Positions 48,553 to 58,646 of a stretch of DNA of 64,000 bases are shown in pieces. A program made the position numbers and the translations under genes. The notes below the pieces were generated by a model. The model was not told the DNA's origin and searched no databases. It saw nothing but the letters and a program-made list of their open reading frames with translations. The first letter of the stretch is position 1. Each line of letters opens with the position of its first letter. Origin of the DNA: Limisphaerales bacterium (lineage in GTDB: Bacteria > Verrucomicrobiota > Verrucomicrobiia > Limisphaerales > SIBE01); assembly GCA_044225505.1 (NCBI GenBank), contig JBGAIN010000015.1, positions 1-64,000 of the forward strand, read 5' to 3'.

Positions 48553-50469
48553 TCAAAGTGACAGCAAGAACTCGATCAAGTCGTCGACCTCTTCGGCTTT
48601 TAAGTGTGAGGTCTGTCCATGTTTATCGTCTGCATTGCGACGGATCAGTACCTCCCGTAGTGTCGTGGCAGATCCGTCATGCAAATAAGGGGACGTCCGC
48701 CAAAGTTCGAACAAAGTTGGCGTGTCAAACTTGGCAGCACTGCTCTCCGAAGAGGAGACTCCCCAGATAGCCCGGTACGGAGCCGATGTTCCAACGTCGT
48801 AATCCGTCAAATCGGTCCAAAGCGGCGGCGCATGACATCCTGAGCACCCGACTCGCGTGCTGAAGAACAGGCCTTTGCCGCGTGCCGCCGCGGCGGAGAG
48901 TTGACCATCGACGAGATGCGGGCTTGGCATAGGATGGAGAGAGGTCAAATAGGCGTCGATCGCTGCCGGCACAGCATCCGGTTGATGAGTAAAAAGGATA
49001 TGGTGAACCCCGGCACGAACTGCTACCTGAGCATTGGACCGGATTCCTAAAGCCATTGCTGGCGCGGTTTGGTGTGCCGAGACCAGACTCTTCGTATTCT
49101 TCGGATTGCCAACGCCATCGTTCATCAAGTCCCAGTTAAGGGCATCGGTGCGCGCGTCGGCGTCGTGGCAACTGGCGCAGCTTTGCCAACCTTGTGCACA
49201 AAGACGTCCATCATTGAAAAGCATTTCGCCCATGCGCTCTTGGGTAACTGCCGAGGAGCTCCAGATTGGGATTATATCAATCTCGGCGTTTGGGTCCGTC
49301 AGATCCACTCGGCAGAGATGATCAGAGAAGTAGTTGGCAACGTAGACCGTTGATCCGCAGATCGCGAGGCCTCGTGGGCCCTCTCCGGGAAGTGCGATTC
49401 GGCGCGTCACTCGCAAGGGGCGGATTGGCGTAGAAGGAAGCGGTTCATCCATCTGGGCGTAGCGGCTCAGCTCAAGGCTCGCGAAGTTCCAGTGCTCTCC
49501 CTCACCTGGGAGTTGGACCACGCTGAGTTCGTGTGTGCCGGCATGTGAGACCATGAGATGCCGGCCATCAGGGGTCCATGCAACGGCCCAAGGGTTGGCC
49601 GCACCTCGGCAGGTTTGATCAAGGAGGACGGTGCCAAGAACGCTCCATCGATTCAGATCAAGGAAGGTTAGGGCGTTGGCATTGATCCGTCCCAGATCGA
49701 CGCTTGTTGTCGGAAGCCAGAACATCGACCGTAAATGCGTGACTGCCGCAAACCGCCCGTCCGGAGAGACGGCGATGCCACGCCCAAGGCTGCTTCCCAT
49801 GGGCAGACGAATCGTGTGGATCAATTGGCGGCGAGACGTGTCAATGACGCTAACTCCGATCGCAGCCTCGACTTGGTTGGCCGGGCCACGATGCAAGTGA
49901 TTTACGACGAGAAGGTGCTTCCCACTCGGCGTAAGCGCGGTGGCGACCGGTTCGCGTTCCACTGGAATACGCACGGGCGCGTCGTCGGTCGACAAGCGGA
50001 TGATAGCCACGTCGTTGTCGAAGCGGTTGCAGACGTAGAGCGTCTGGCCGTCGGGGCTCAACGCAGGCGCCATGGTCGTGTGTCCAGTCCTCCATTCCCG
50101 GGTGACCGTGCCATGGGTTGTGTCAATTTCGCATACTCGACTTGGACTGTTCGCGCAAGTGACGTAAAGCCGAGAACCGTCCACCGAGGTGGCCAAGCCG
50201 GAGGGGTTTGGCGGCACGCGGAGGCGCGTTACGATCTGCTCCATCCCGAGATCTACCGCCGCAACGTGGGCGGCAGTCGCACATGCGACATACGCGGTCA
50301 TTCCGTTTGGACTAATGCTGACCGCGATCGGGGAGCCGTAGGTAGGTTCGAAAGGTTGACTATATTGCGCCGGGGGGAACCCGGGTTCCATGATTGGAGT
50401 GGGCGGCGTTGCTCGCCCAAGGAGGCAAGCGATCAGTGTTCCCAAAAGGACCCAAATGCATTTTTTCAT
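48553..50469 (-). CDS. Secreted YVTN beta-propeller + di-heme cytochrome c peroxidase/MauG-like protein
   Basis: Signal peptide MKKCIWVLLGTLIACLLG, SPDG-type propeller repeats, two CxxCH motifs (CASCH, CSGCH), FDTPTL…SPYLHDGS. Confidence 0.85.
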   Translation of the reverse strand: MKKCIWVLLGTLIACLLGRATPPTPIMEPGFPPAQYSQPFEPTYGSPIAVSISPNGMTAYVACATAAHVAAVDLGMEQIVTRLRVPPNPSGLATSVDGSRLYVTCANSPSRVCEIDTTHGTVTREWRTGHTTMAPALSPDGQTLYVCNRFDNDVAIIRLSTDDAPVRIPVEREPVATALTPSGKHLLVVNHLHRGPANQVEAAIGVSVIDTSRRQLIHTIRLPMGSSLGRGIAVSPDGRFAAVTHLRSMFWLPTTSVDLGRINANALTFLDLNRWSVLGTVLLDQTCRGAANPWAVAWTPDGRHLMVSHAGTHELSVVQLPGEGEHWNFASLELSRYAQMDEPLPSTPIRPLRVTRRIALPGEGPRGLAICGSTVYVANYFSDHLCRVDLTDPNAEIDIIPIWSSSAVTQERMGEMLFNDGRLCAQGWQSCASCHDADARTDALNWDLMNDGVGNPKNTKSLVSAHQTAPAMALGIRSNAQVAVRAGVHHILFTHQPDAVPAAIDAYLTSLHPMPSPHLVDGQLSAAAARGKGLFFSTRVGCSGCHAPPLWTDLTDYDVGTSAPYRAIWGVSSSESSAAKFDTPTLFELWRTSPYLHDGSATTLREVLIRRNADDKHGQTSHLKAEEVDDLIEFLLSL

Positions 50470-52618
50470 AAGCGGCTTTGTCCTTCTACCTTTCATGCGG
50501 AATTTTCCGGCGGGGAAGCTCAAGAGCCGTCGTGACTTTCCAAGCGCATTCCGTCCTGTTAGAAACTGTCAAATGCGACGAATGCCCGTTTTCGCGCGAT
50601 TCCATGGCCCGGACCAATGTCCATCGGTGGACCGTCGCCTCGATCCGAGAGGGAACGTGCTCCTGGTTTGGTTCACTTTGCTTTGTTTGTGCCACAGGGC
50701 GCACGCACCGTTCGGGCAGCCCGCGGGAGTGGACCCAATTCCAAATGGGGTGGCGGCCGGCGAAGTCACTGCCAGTTCCGCGATTCTTTGGACACGAACC
50801 TTGAACGTTGGACCCGTGGTTTTCACCGTCTCGCGAGACGCGGATTTTGGGACGACGAACTCGGTCTGGGGCGCCGACGTGGCCGATGCGTCAATTCCGG
50901 TGAAGGTGGCACTAACCGACTTGAACGATGCCACGACGTATTACTATCGAGTCACCGACGTCTCAGGCGCTTCCGCGGTGGGTCGGTTTCGGACCGCAGC
51001 AAAACCTGGCAAGTTTCATGGATTGCGTTTTGGCGTCTCGGGCGATTGGCACGGCGAGTTAGCGCCTTATCCCTCGGTAGCAAACGCCGTAAAGCGAGAC
51101 CTACAGTTCTTCGCTGCCTTGGGCGATACCATCTATGCCGATTATCCATCACCCGCGGTGCCGAAAGTCCCGATCACCGCGGTGGAAGAGTTCCGGGCCA
51201 AGTATAACGAGGTCTATTCCGAGAAGTTCGGGAATAACGGTCTGACAAATCTCCGGGGGTCGACAGCCTTTTTCGCGGTCATTGATGATCACGAGGTGAT
51301 CAATGATTTCGCGGGCGGCGCCCTGGCGCAAAGCGATTCCCGATTCGACACCAACGGAGTCTTTATCAATGAAACCAAGCTCTACCGTAGCGCGCTGCAA
51401 GCGTTCGAAGAATATCATCCTTTGGTAGTCGAGCCTTACCATACCCCTGAGGATCTTCGCACGCATCTTAAACCCAAACTCTACCGCACCCAGGTCTATG
51501 GCGACGACGCTGCGATCTTTCTTTTGGATACGCGCAGTTTTCGGGATAAGGAACTGCCTGGCGTATTGAACCCGTTTGACACGGCTGGCGCCCGGCGGTT
51601 TTCCGCTACCGCGTTCGATCTTGACCCGGACACTGGCGAAGCAGGGCCGCGACGGACTTTGCTGGGTGCCGCGCAGTTGTCAGACTTAAAGGCTGATCTC
51701 CTCCGAGCCAAACAAGCGGGCGTCCTTTGGAAATTCATTTTACTCGGTGAACCGATCCAGAACTTGGGGTTTGCCGACGCGAGCGATCGATTTGAAGGGT
51801 ATGCGCGTGAACGAACGGAACTTCTCCAGTTCCTGAACGACAACGGCATTCGCAATGTCGTGTTTGTCAGTGCGGACATTCACGGAACCGTCGTGAACAA
51901 TGTGAGCTATCAAAAGGCGCCTGAGCAACCGTTGATTCCGACAGGATCCTTTGAGGTCGTAACGGGGGCCGTGGCACACGACAAACCATTCGGTCCTACC
52001 ACCTTCGACGTCGCCGCGGAGATCAAGGTCTTGCCAGGGCTAACGCTTCTCGGTGGGTTGCTCCGTTACGTCGAAGTTCCAGATCGAGCCACGTTCGATG
52101 GGCTACCGCTTGCGGAACGTGACCGACTCTTCCAGCGAATCATGGATGTGCAGCTAGACGCATTAGACTTGGATACGACGGGATTGGAAGGGTCGGACGT
52201 GCAAGCGACGCTTCTTCAAGGGAACTACGTGGCTGCCCATACCTACGGCTGGACAGAATTCGAAATTGACCGGGATACCCATTGGCTCAGCGTCACGACC
52301 TACGGCATAACTCCTTACTCAGCCGAACAGGTGGAACCTGCAATCTTGCAGCGAGTCCCTGAGATCGTTTCTCGATTCATAGTCCTTCCTCAAAGCGAAG
52401 CTCCGGGCTTTCCGGCTCTGCGCGCGGCGCACGCGGGTAAACAGATAGAAATCCGGTGGCCGGTTTGGGGAGAACAATTTGTGTTGCAGAGCTGGACGGG
52501 GCTAAGCGACGCAACGTGGACTGATATGGCGGATGAACCGTCTCGCCAGGCGGACGATTATGTCGTGACCCTTCAATCCGGGAGTGATGCTCTGTTTTTT
52601 CGCCTACGCCATCGCTGA
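50390..52618 (+). CDS. phoD: Alkaline phosphatase D (PhoD)-family protein with C-terminal extension; true start probably between 50573 and 50657
   Basis: GVAAGEVTASSAILWTR, GRFRTA, LGDTIYAD, DDHEVINDF, LDTRSFRD, RTLLGAAQL, DRFEGYARER, SADIHG. The ORF-track start overlaps the divergent gene. Confidence 0.85.
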   Translation: MIGVGGVARPRRQAISVPKRTQMHFFISGFVLLPFMRNFPAGKLKSRRDFPSAFRPVRNCQMRRMPVFARFHGPDQCPSVDRRLDPRGNVLLVWFTLLCLCHRAHAPFGQPAGVDPIPNGVAAGEVTASSAILWTRTLNVGPVVFTVSRDADFGTTNSVWGADVADASIPVKVALTDLNDATTYYYRVTDVSGASAVGRFRTAAKPGKFHGLRFGVSGDWHGELAPYPSVANAVKRDLQFFAALGDTIYADYPSPAVPKVPITAVEEFRAKYNEVYSEKFGNNGLTNLRGSTAFFAVIDDHEVINDFAGGALAQSDSRFDTNGVFINETKLYRSALQAFEEYHPLVVEPYHTPEDLRTHLKPKLYRTQVYGDDAAIFLLDTRSFRDKELPGVLNPFDTAGARRFSATAFDLDPDTGEAGPRRTLLGAAQLSDLKADLLRAKQAGVLWKFILLGEPIQNLGFADASDRFEGYARERTELLQFLNDNGIRNVVFVSADIHGTVVNNVSYQKAPEQPLIPTGSFEVVTGAVAHDKPFGPTTFDVAAEIKVLPGLTLLGGLLRYVEVPDRATFDGLPLAERDRLFQRIMDVQLDALDLDTTGLEGSDVQATLLQGNYVAAHTYGWTEFEIDRDTHWLSVTTYGITPYSAEQVEPAILQRVPEIVSRFIVLPQSEAPGFPALRAAHAGKQIEIRWPVWGEQFVLQSWTGLSDATWTDMADEPSRQADDYVVTLQSGSDALFFRLRHR

Positions 52619-52696
52619 CTCGAGTCGACCGGAGCGTTGTGGCGGGGTGCACAGTTGCACGAACCGCCGCTTCTCACGCAGCAGGCAGGCAGGCTG

Positions 52697-55264
52697 TCAG
52701 TCCGGTTCCGCCGCCATGCCTTGGGGATCGTTCATGGGCCTTGGCAACCCTTGGGCTTGCGTCGAATTTAGTAACGCGCTCTTTGCTTCCTCTGGCAGAG
52801 ACGATCCATGAATCCAGGCGCGGGCGGCGTTTTCGTCAGATTCCAGCCAACGCTGAGCGACGGATTGCGCGGCGCCATTCCGAATGGTCGTGTCCGCGAC
52901 GGATGCAATCCACTTCGCGGCTGTCGCAGGATCTGTCGCAGCCAAACTCTGGGCGTAAGCGCCGACGGCTGTATCCCGCGACGTGCCAGGTGCCAATTGG
53001 TTGAGCCATTCCGCCGTTCCGACCACGTCTTGCTCGCCCCAATGCCGTGCCAATGATTCGAGAGCGTTTTCACGCAACGGCCCGTCTGGGAAGTTGGATG
53101 CCCAAGCCGCTGCCGTCTTCGGATCTGTGTTCATCCAGCCGGAAAGGACGGAGAGAACTGCTCCTTGCTGTTGTTCGTTCGCCGGCAATAGTGCGATCAG
53201 GTTTGCGGCTTGCTGCGGTGCAATGTTGGCCAATTGAGTGGCCAGGCTGGTTACGGCCCGATGGCGTGTCTCGCCTTCTGGCAATGCGGTAGCCCAGGCA
53301 CTGGCCGCGGCGGGGTCTTCGGATGCCCATTGGCTTGCAACACTAGCGACGAAATCGTTCCGAGTGGCGGTCGGTAGACTCTCGGCAAACGTTAGAGCGT
53401 TACGCGGATCTGCTTGCGCCCAGGGAACTGCCAGATTGGCCAGCACCATCCGTTTATCCGCGCCCTCCGGCATCTCTCGCATCCATCGCAATGCGGCGTC
53501 CAGATCGGTATTGGCCCACTGCGACGCGACCTGTCCCAGAAACTCATGGCGCATTGTTCCGGCAGGCAGTTGCGAGGCAAACTCCAAACCTTTTTGCGGA
53601 TCCGACGCGACGATCTGGGTACCGACAGCACGGAGGGCCTCTCGTTGGGTCTGCCCGGCAGGAAGGGATCGAGCCCAGTCTGCGGCAGCGGTGGGGTCCG
53701 ATTGTGCCCAACGTGCCGCGACGGCCGCGGCGGCGGTGTTTCGATGCGGTCCTGGTTCCAGTTCACTGACCATGGTGGCGGCCTCTTGTGGATTATTCAT
53801 GGCCCAGGTGGACACGACCTGCTGCAGAGCCTCAGAACGGGTGTTTCCAGGAGGCAACGTTTTCGCCCAAGCAACCGCTTCCGCGGGGTTCTCGGAGGCC
53901 CATTGCTGCGCCACGTTCACCGCGAGCCACGGTTGGGAAGTGGCAAGTCCGCTCCGTTCAAGAAGCTTTAGCCCTGCTTTGGGATCATTCTGTTGCACAC
54001 TTTGCACAATCGATTGCCACGCCGCATTGCGGGCCTGCCCAGGCGGAAGGGATTCGACCCAGGCCACTGCCGCCGTGGGATCCGTTCCAGCCCAAGACGA
54101 GGCTAGCGACGAGATCATAAACTGCCGAGATGGGCCGCTCGGCAGATTGTTGACGAAAGCGACGACGCCGTCAGGGTCCGTTTGCGCCCAGAGATACGCG
54201 ACGCTCAGGATCGCCGCTTGTTTTTCAACGCCCTCCGGCATCGATTTCATGAAGTTGACTGCTCCCGCGACATCCGTTTGAGCCCAACGACCAACGGTTT
54301 CACGCATCATTTCGGTCCGGGCGGTTCCAGTCGGCATGGCCAGCGCCATGGCCGCGGCTGCTTTCGGATCAACATTCGCCATGCCTTCCAGCAACCCGCT
54401 TAAGGCCGTGCTGCGTCGGGATTCAGGCAGGGTTTCCATCCAGGCGCGCGCGGCCTCGAGATCCGTTTCGGCCCAGCGCGCCGCGATGTTGCGGAGCGAC
54501 TGCTGCGCTTCGTTCCAAGTCAGAACTTCATTGGCCTTGGCGGCGGCAGTGGCAGGGTCGACGGAAGCCCAGCGATCAAGCAACCAGCTCCGGAGCCCAC
54601 GCCGATCGACGGGCGACAATAGTTGTTCGGACAAAGCCCAGGCCTGCTCTGGCCGGGTTTGCGCGACGGCGGTGACGAGCGCGCGGTGCGCCTCGGCACG
54701 TTGAGTGGTGGGGAGTTGCTGGCTCCAGGCAACGGCGGCCGCTGTGTCCTGAGCGGCCCACGAGGTCAGCACCGAGGCGATCGCCTGCTGGCGCTGGGGT
54801 GAACTTGGCAAGCTCTGCGCGTGTTGCATGGCGGCGGCGGCATCTGTTTCTCCCCAACGTTCCAACAGCGCCCGCATAAACCCGGACTGGAGCTCCGAGT
54901 TCCGGAGGCTTGGGATTAGGCCCCAGGCTTGCGGAAAGTCCGAGGGGCGTAGCTGGCGCGTGATCCGCGCCAATGCTTCGAAACGGCGGCTCACATCGGT
55001 TTCGCCGCTTAGTGTCCGCAGAGCGGATTCTACTTCTGACAATGTCAGCGAAGCGGTGGCGGTAATTTTGGCGCCGCGGGCGGCTTCACTGGCATCGCGC
55101 CTCGCGCGTGGGGCGTGGGAAGCATTTGTCCCGAAGGGGTCTTTTTCAAGGCTTGAGCTGGCGGCGGTCGTGGAGCGGCGGGGCAAGAGAACTTGTCGGT
55201 CTAAGACAACGCCTGCTGCGATCCCCACGCTTAGAAATACCACCGAGACTGTTGCCGCCTTCAT
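52697..55264 (-). CDS. Membrane-anchored alpha-solenoid repeat protein (WAxxDPxAAxxWxxxLPxG repeats)
   Basis: N-terminal hydrophobic anchor MKAATVSVVFLSVGIAAGVVL followed by roughly 18-19 tandem ~37-38-aa repeats. Confidence 0.8.
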   Translation of the reverse strand: MKAATVSVVFLSVGIAAGVVLDRQVLLPRRSTTAASSSLEKDPFGTNASHAPRARRDASEAARGAKITATASLTLSEVESALRTLSGETDVSRRFEALARITRQLRPSDFPQAWGLIPSLRNSELQSGFMRALLERWGETDAAAAMQHAQSLPSSPQRQQAIASVLTSWAAQDTAAAVAWSQQLPTTQRAEAHRALVTAVAQTRPEQAWALSEQLLSPVDRRGLRSWLLDRWASVDPATAAAKANEVLTWNEAQQSLRNIAARWAETDLEAARAWMETLPESRRSTALSGLLEGMANVDPKAAAAMALAMPTGTARTEMMRETVGRWAQTDVAGAVNFMKSMPEGVEKQAAILSVAYLWAQTDPDGVVAFVNNLPSGPSRQFMISSLASSWAGTDPTAAVAWVESLPPGQARNAAWQSIVQSVQQNDPKAGLKLLERSGLATSQPWLAVNVAQQWASENPAEAVAWAKTLPPGNTRSEALQQVVSTWAMNNPQEAATMVSELEPGPHRNTAAAAVAARWAQSDPTAAADWARSLPAGQTQREALRAVGTQIVASDPQKGLEFASQLPAGTMRHEFLGQVASQWANTDLDAALRWMREMPEGADKRMVLANLAVPWAQADPRNALTFAESLPTATRNDFVASVASQWASEDPAAASAWATALPEGETRHRAVTSLATQLANIAPQQAANLIALLPANEQQQGAVLSVLSGWMNTDPKTAAAWASNFPDGPLRENALESLARHWGEQDVVGTAEWLNQLAPGTSRDTAVGAYAQSLAATDPATAAKWIASVADTTIRNGAAQSVAQRWLESDENAARAWIHGSSLPEEAKSALLNSTQAQGLPRPMNDPQGMAAEPD

Positions 55265-55289
55265 ACGCCTAACCTGCCACTTCTCTCTG

Positions 55290-56891
55290 TTACGTTGACT
55301 TTCCGAGCTGCCACGAGGAATCGACTGCACTTGGACTGCCCGCTGGGGCTGGGTCCATCGGCACCGAGGTCTGATGACGTAGTTGCCGTTTCGGAGTTGA
55401 TCCCGAATGGGCAACCGACACCCCCCCGAATCCTGCCGGGAGGTGCGGGCGCAAAAAGACCGGCCGATCCGAACGTCCACCGCGTTGGTAATCGCGCCAA
55501 AGTATTTCGGCGGCCCGTCGGACGTCGACGCCGCACTCTTCCGTTAAATATCGGAAGAACAGTTCCGTGAGCACGACGAGGGCGATTCCGTGATTTCTCC
55601 CCAAACGCTCGTAAAGAAACTCGCTCCAGCCCATGAATGCTGCAAAGGGGGAATTGCCGCGGTGCCATAGCAACGGGGTGCTTTCTACAAAGTTGCCACT
55701 ATTCGCAACCAAGTCCCAGTGACGTGCGAATCGACGGAGCCGCTGCATTTGTTCGAAAGAGATCAGCCGGTTTTGCAGAATTTCGTAAGGCGCCTGCGGA
55801 CTGTAAACCATGGCCCATTCGACGTCGTGCCGCACGATGGGGGTGCCGCGCAAACGTTTCAGAATCCCCACCTGAATCTCTTGCGGGCGGAGCGCGATTA
55901 ATTGGTCGAACCCGGCCCCAAAACTCTCCACGGTTTCACCGGGCAACCCAATGATCAGGTCGGCGTGGATATGCACCCCGGTCTCGTCGCGCAAGAACCG
56001 GAAGTTGTCGGCTAACTTGGCGTAGTTCTGACGCCGCCGAATGCGTTCTGCGACCTCGACATTGAAGGTCTGGATTCCTACTTCAAATTGCAGGGTGCCC
56101 GCTGGAAATCGTGAAATCCGAGCCCGCAACCCTTCCGGCAGCCGGTCTGGGATCATCTCGAAATGGAGAAACAAACCTGGACAGTTGCGCTCGAGAAAAA
56201 AGTCGAGGATGGTCTGGCTGGTCGCCAAATTCAGGTTGAACGTCCGATCGACGAACTTGAACTGTCGCAACCCGCGGCGGAGCAGCTGTTCAAGACTTGC
56301 CAAAAACTCTGGCAGCGGAAACTGTCGCACGGGAATCTCGAGTGACGAGAGGCAAAACTCGCACGTAAACGGACAACCACGCGACGCTTCCACATAGACT
56401 ACGCGATGCTGAAGATCGCGATCCTCGTAAAGGGCGTAGGGCTGCTGGACATGGCCCAGCTCCGGAACCGGCGCCACTTGCACTTTTGCCGCGGGCTTTG
56501 TTCCGTTGAGCAGCGCGTCACAAAGGGCGGCGAACTGCAAATCCGCTTCCCCGGTGATCACGTAGTCTGCCAATTGGACTATCGGCTGCGATTCCCATTC
56601 GTAACTCACTTCGGGGCCGCCTAAAACAATCGTAACTCCGGGCGCCAAGCGTTTGAGCAATTGCACCACTTCCAAACTCAGTTGGGCGTTCCAGATGTAC
56701 ACGCCAATCCCGATGATTCGCGGGTGGTGCACGAGCAAAGCCTCCACGATATCGACCGCCCGCTGTTGCAGATCGAATTCGACGAGCTGCGACCGGGCGC
56801 GGAGCGCACCGAGATTCGCCTGTAAATAGCGCAACCCAAATGCCGCGTGAATATACTTCGCATTAAAGGTTGTCAGAAGGATGTCCGCCAT
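55290..56891 (-). CDS. B12-binding radical SAM protein with DUF4080
   Basis: [36 protein letters not shown] (CxxxCxxC), [31 protein letters not shown]. Confidence 0.9.
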   Translation of the reverse strand: MADILLTTFNAKYIHAAFGLRYLQANLGALRARSQLVEFDLQQRAVDIVEALLVHHPRIIGIGVYIWNAQLSLEVVQLLKRLAPGVTIVLGGPEVSYEWESQPIVQLADYVITGEADLQFAALCDALLNGTKPAAKVQVAPVPELGHVQQPYALYEDRDLQHRVVYVEASRGCPFTCEFCLSSLEIPVRQFPLPEFLASLEQLLRRGLRQFKFVDRTFNLNLATSQTILDFFLERNCPGLFLHFEMIPDRLPEGLRARISRFPAGTLQFEVGIQTFNVEVAERIRRRQNYAKLADNFRFLRDETGVHIHADLIIGLPGETVESFGAGFDQLIALRPQEIQVGILKRLRGTPIVRHDVEWAMVYSPQAPYEILQNRLISFEQMQRLRRFARHWDLVANSGNFVESTPLLWHRGNSPFAAFMGWSEFLYERLGRNHGIALVVLTELFFRYLTEECGVDVRRAAEILWRDYQRGGRSDRPVFLRPHLPAGFGGVSVAHSGSTPKRQLRHQTSVPMDPAPAGSPSAVDSSWQLGKST

Positions 56892-57050
56892 ATCCGATGC
56901 TCCAAACGGTGGCACGAGCCCGCCCTTTCAGCCAAGCACCTTATGCCGAAATAAAGAGGCACCGCTGTCGAGTGCCGCCACTCCCTGTCGAACCGCAATC
57001 ATCCACTGGTTTTTCATTGCTGAGCGAGGGATTCTGACTTTTAGTGCGGC

Positions 57051-57623
57051 ATGCTTCTCTTTCGTGCGAAGGTTCCAGGGGACTGGGTTCCCCGCATGCT
57101 CGCCAATCTGCCCGCTGTGCTGGTCGATCACGCGCACCTCGAACGTAAGGCTGCGACGACCGCTTTGAGCCTGGAGAAATACCGCGTTCTTTTCGATCGG
57201 GTCGAAGAGCTCAATGCTATTGCCATCGAAGAATTGCAGCACTTCCAGCTCGTTCTGAACTTGCTCAAGAAACGTTCGATTCCGTTCGGGCAGGCGTTTC
57301 CCAGTCCGTGGATCTCCGGTCTGATGCGCGCCGTACGCTCCGGCCACCGCCAGCAACCGGTGGATCACCTTATCTGCTGCGCTCTCATTGAGGGGCGCAG
57401 TTGCGAGAAATTCCAAATCCTGGCTCAGGAACTCGCCTCTTGCGACGTCGAGTTGAGCCAGTTCTATGGAAGCTTGGTGGAGTCCGAGGGAAATCACTAC
57501 GCCACCTATATTCTTATGGCCCGCGCTATCGACGACGCTGAGACGGATCGGCGTCTAGACTTTTTTCTGGATCTAGACGCGCAACTGATCTCGATCCCGA
57601 ACCCGGTGCCGATGCTCCATTGA
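57051..57623 (+). CDS. miaE: tRNA-(ms2io6A37) hydroxylase-like di-iron protein
   Basis: LVDHAHLERKAA, EELQHF, LIEGRSCEKF, FYGSLVESEGNHY. Confidence 0.85.
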   Translation: MLLFRAKVPGDWVPRMLANLPAVLVDHAHLERKAATTALSLEKYRVLFDRVEELNAIAIEELQHFQLVLNLLKKRSIPFGQAFPSPWISGLMRAVRSGHRQQPVDHLICCALIEGRSCEKFQILAQELASCDVELSQFYGSLVESEGNHYATYILMARAIDDAETDRRLDFFLDLDAQLISIPNPVPMLH

Positions 57624-57634
57624 AGCGCCTTCGC

Positions 57635-58099
57635 CTACACGCTGGAAGCATTCACCCCCGACACCATCGCGGTAATGGCTGCCGCTGGTCTAGTCCCAGA
57701 CGAACGCTTTACCTCCTTGCCTCCCACGAAGACCGCAAGGGTTGGAATGGAACTAATGCCTAAGCGCGAAGATAACGCCGGAACAGAGTCCGTGTTAACC
57801 TTTGTGACTAACGCCTCGCCCACGAGCTGGAAGGCGGCTTGCTCAAGCTCCGAGGCCATCATCTTGCAGGGCCCGCACCAGGGCGCCCAAAAGTCCGCGA
57901 GCACAGGGATCGAACTCAGCTGGATAAGAATATCAAACTCTGCTTCCGTTTGGATCTCAACTGGCCGCGCCACGGGAGGAATGGCCGTGCGGCATTTCCC
58001 ACATCGTGCCAGTTGATGCAAGTGCACAAACGCCACACGGTTCCGTTGTCCGCAATCCGGGCAAACTTGGATGATCCCTTGGGTATCAATCTGCTCCAT
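57635..58099 (-). CDS. trxC: Thioredoxin 2 with N-terminal zinc finger
   Basis: CPDCGQRNRV…CGKC and DFWAPWCGPCK, SIPTL. Confidence 0.9.
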   Translation of the reverse strand: MEQIDTQGIIQVCPDCGQRNRVAFVHLHQLARCGKCRTAIPPVARPVEIQTEAEFDILIQLSSIPVLADFWAPWCGPCKMMASELEQAAFQLVGEALVTKVNTDSVPALSSRLGISSIPTLAVFVGGKEVKRSSGTRPAAAITAMVSGVNASSV

Positions 58100-58208
58100 G
58101 GCAGAATTTAGCGCGCTTCATCTCGGGAGTCGACCTGACAATGGACGCCGGGATAGGAGGAACAAAAACTGCAGGGATTGGGTGTTACCCGTTCCGAAAG
58201 AAAGTCAC

Positions 58209-58246
58209 TTGACTTCTACTACTGAGGTAGTATTACTTGGGTAGTT
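58209..58246 (+). promoter_or_regulatory. Promoter with BlaI/MecI/CopY-type operator(s)
   Basis: TTGACT (-35, 58209-58214), perfect inverted repeat TACTAC-tgag-GTAGTA (58217-58232) and an overlapping imperfect copy TATTAC-ttgg-GTAGTT (58231-58246), just before the repressor start. Confidence 0.75.
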
Positions 58247-58259
58247 AACCCAAACGTTT

Positions 58260-58646
58260 GTGATTCGCCCTAAAATCCATCGCCTCGGCGATCTGCAGCT
58301 CCGTATCATGAAGCTCCTCTGGCAGCGGCCGGAAGCGACCGTCGCTGACCTTCATCAGCAGCTTCAGGATGAAAAAGAACTGGCCTACACCACCGTCGCG
58401 ACCATGGCCCGCAAAATGGAGGCCCGTGGTCTCCTGGCGCATCGGGTCGACGGCCGCACCTTCGTCTATCGTGCGGCGGTCCGCGAAGAGGCGGTGACTC
58501 GTGGAATGGCAGATCACCTGGTCGACCGCCTTTTTTCGGGGAGTCTGACGGATGTGGTGAGTCATCTGTTGAACACTCGCGAGGTGGGCATGGAAGAATT
58601 GAGTGAACTGGAACGGCTGATTGCGGAACGAAAGAAGGATTTATGA
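58260..58646 (+). CDS. BlaI/MecI/CopY-family transcriptional repressor
   Basis: LGDLQLRIMKLLW, ATVADL, LAYTTVATM…KMEARG, GRTFVY, LFSGS…VSHL. Confidence 0.93.
   Translation: MIRPKIHRLGDLQLRIMKLLWQRPEATVADLHQQLQDEKELAYTTVATMARKMEARGLLAHRVDGRTFVYRAAVREEAVTRGMADHLVDRLFSGSLTDVVSHLLNTREVGMEELSELERLIAERKKDL

Noticed and set aside
49735..50535. 266-aa plus-strand ORF
   Set aside because: It is antisense to the propeller/di-heme gene and has Arg-rich shadow composition.
53238..54281. 347-aa plus-strand ORF and other long antisense ORFs over the repeat gene
   Set aside because: They are antisense shadows of a GC-rich, Ala-rich repeat gene and show no protein-like motifs of their own.
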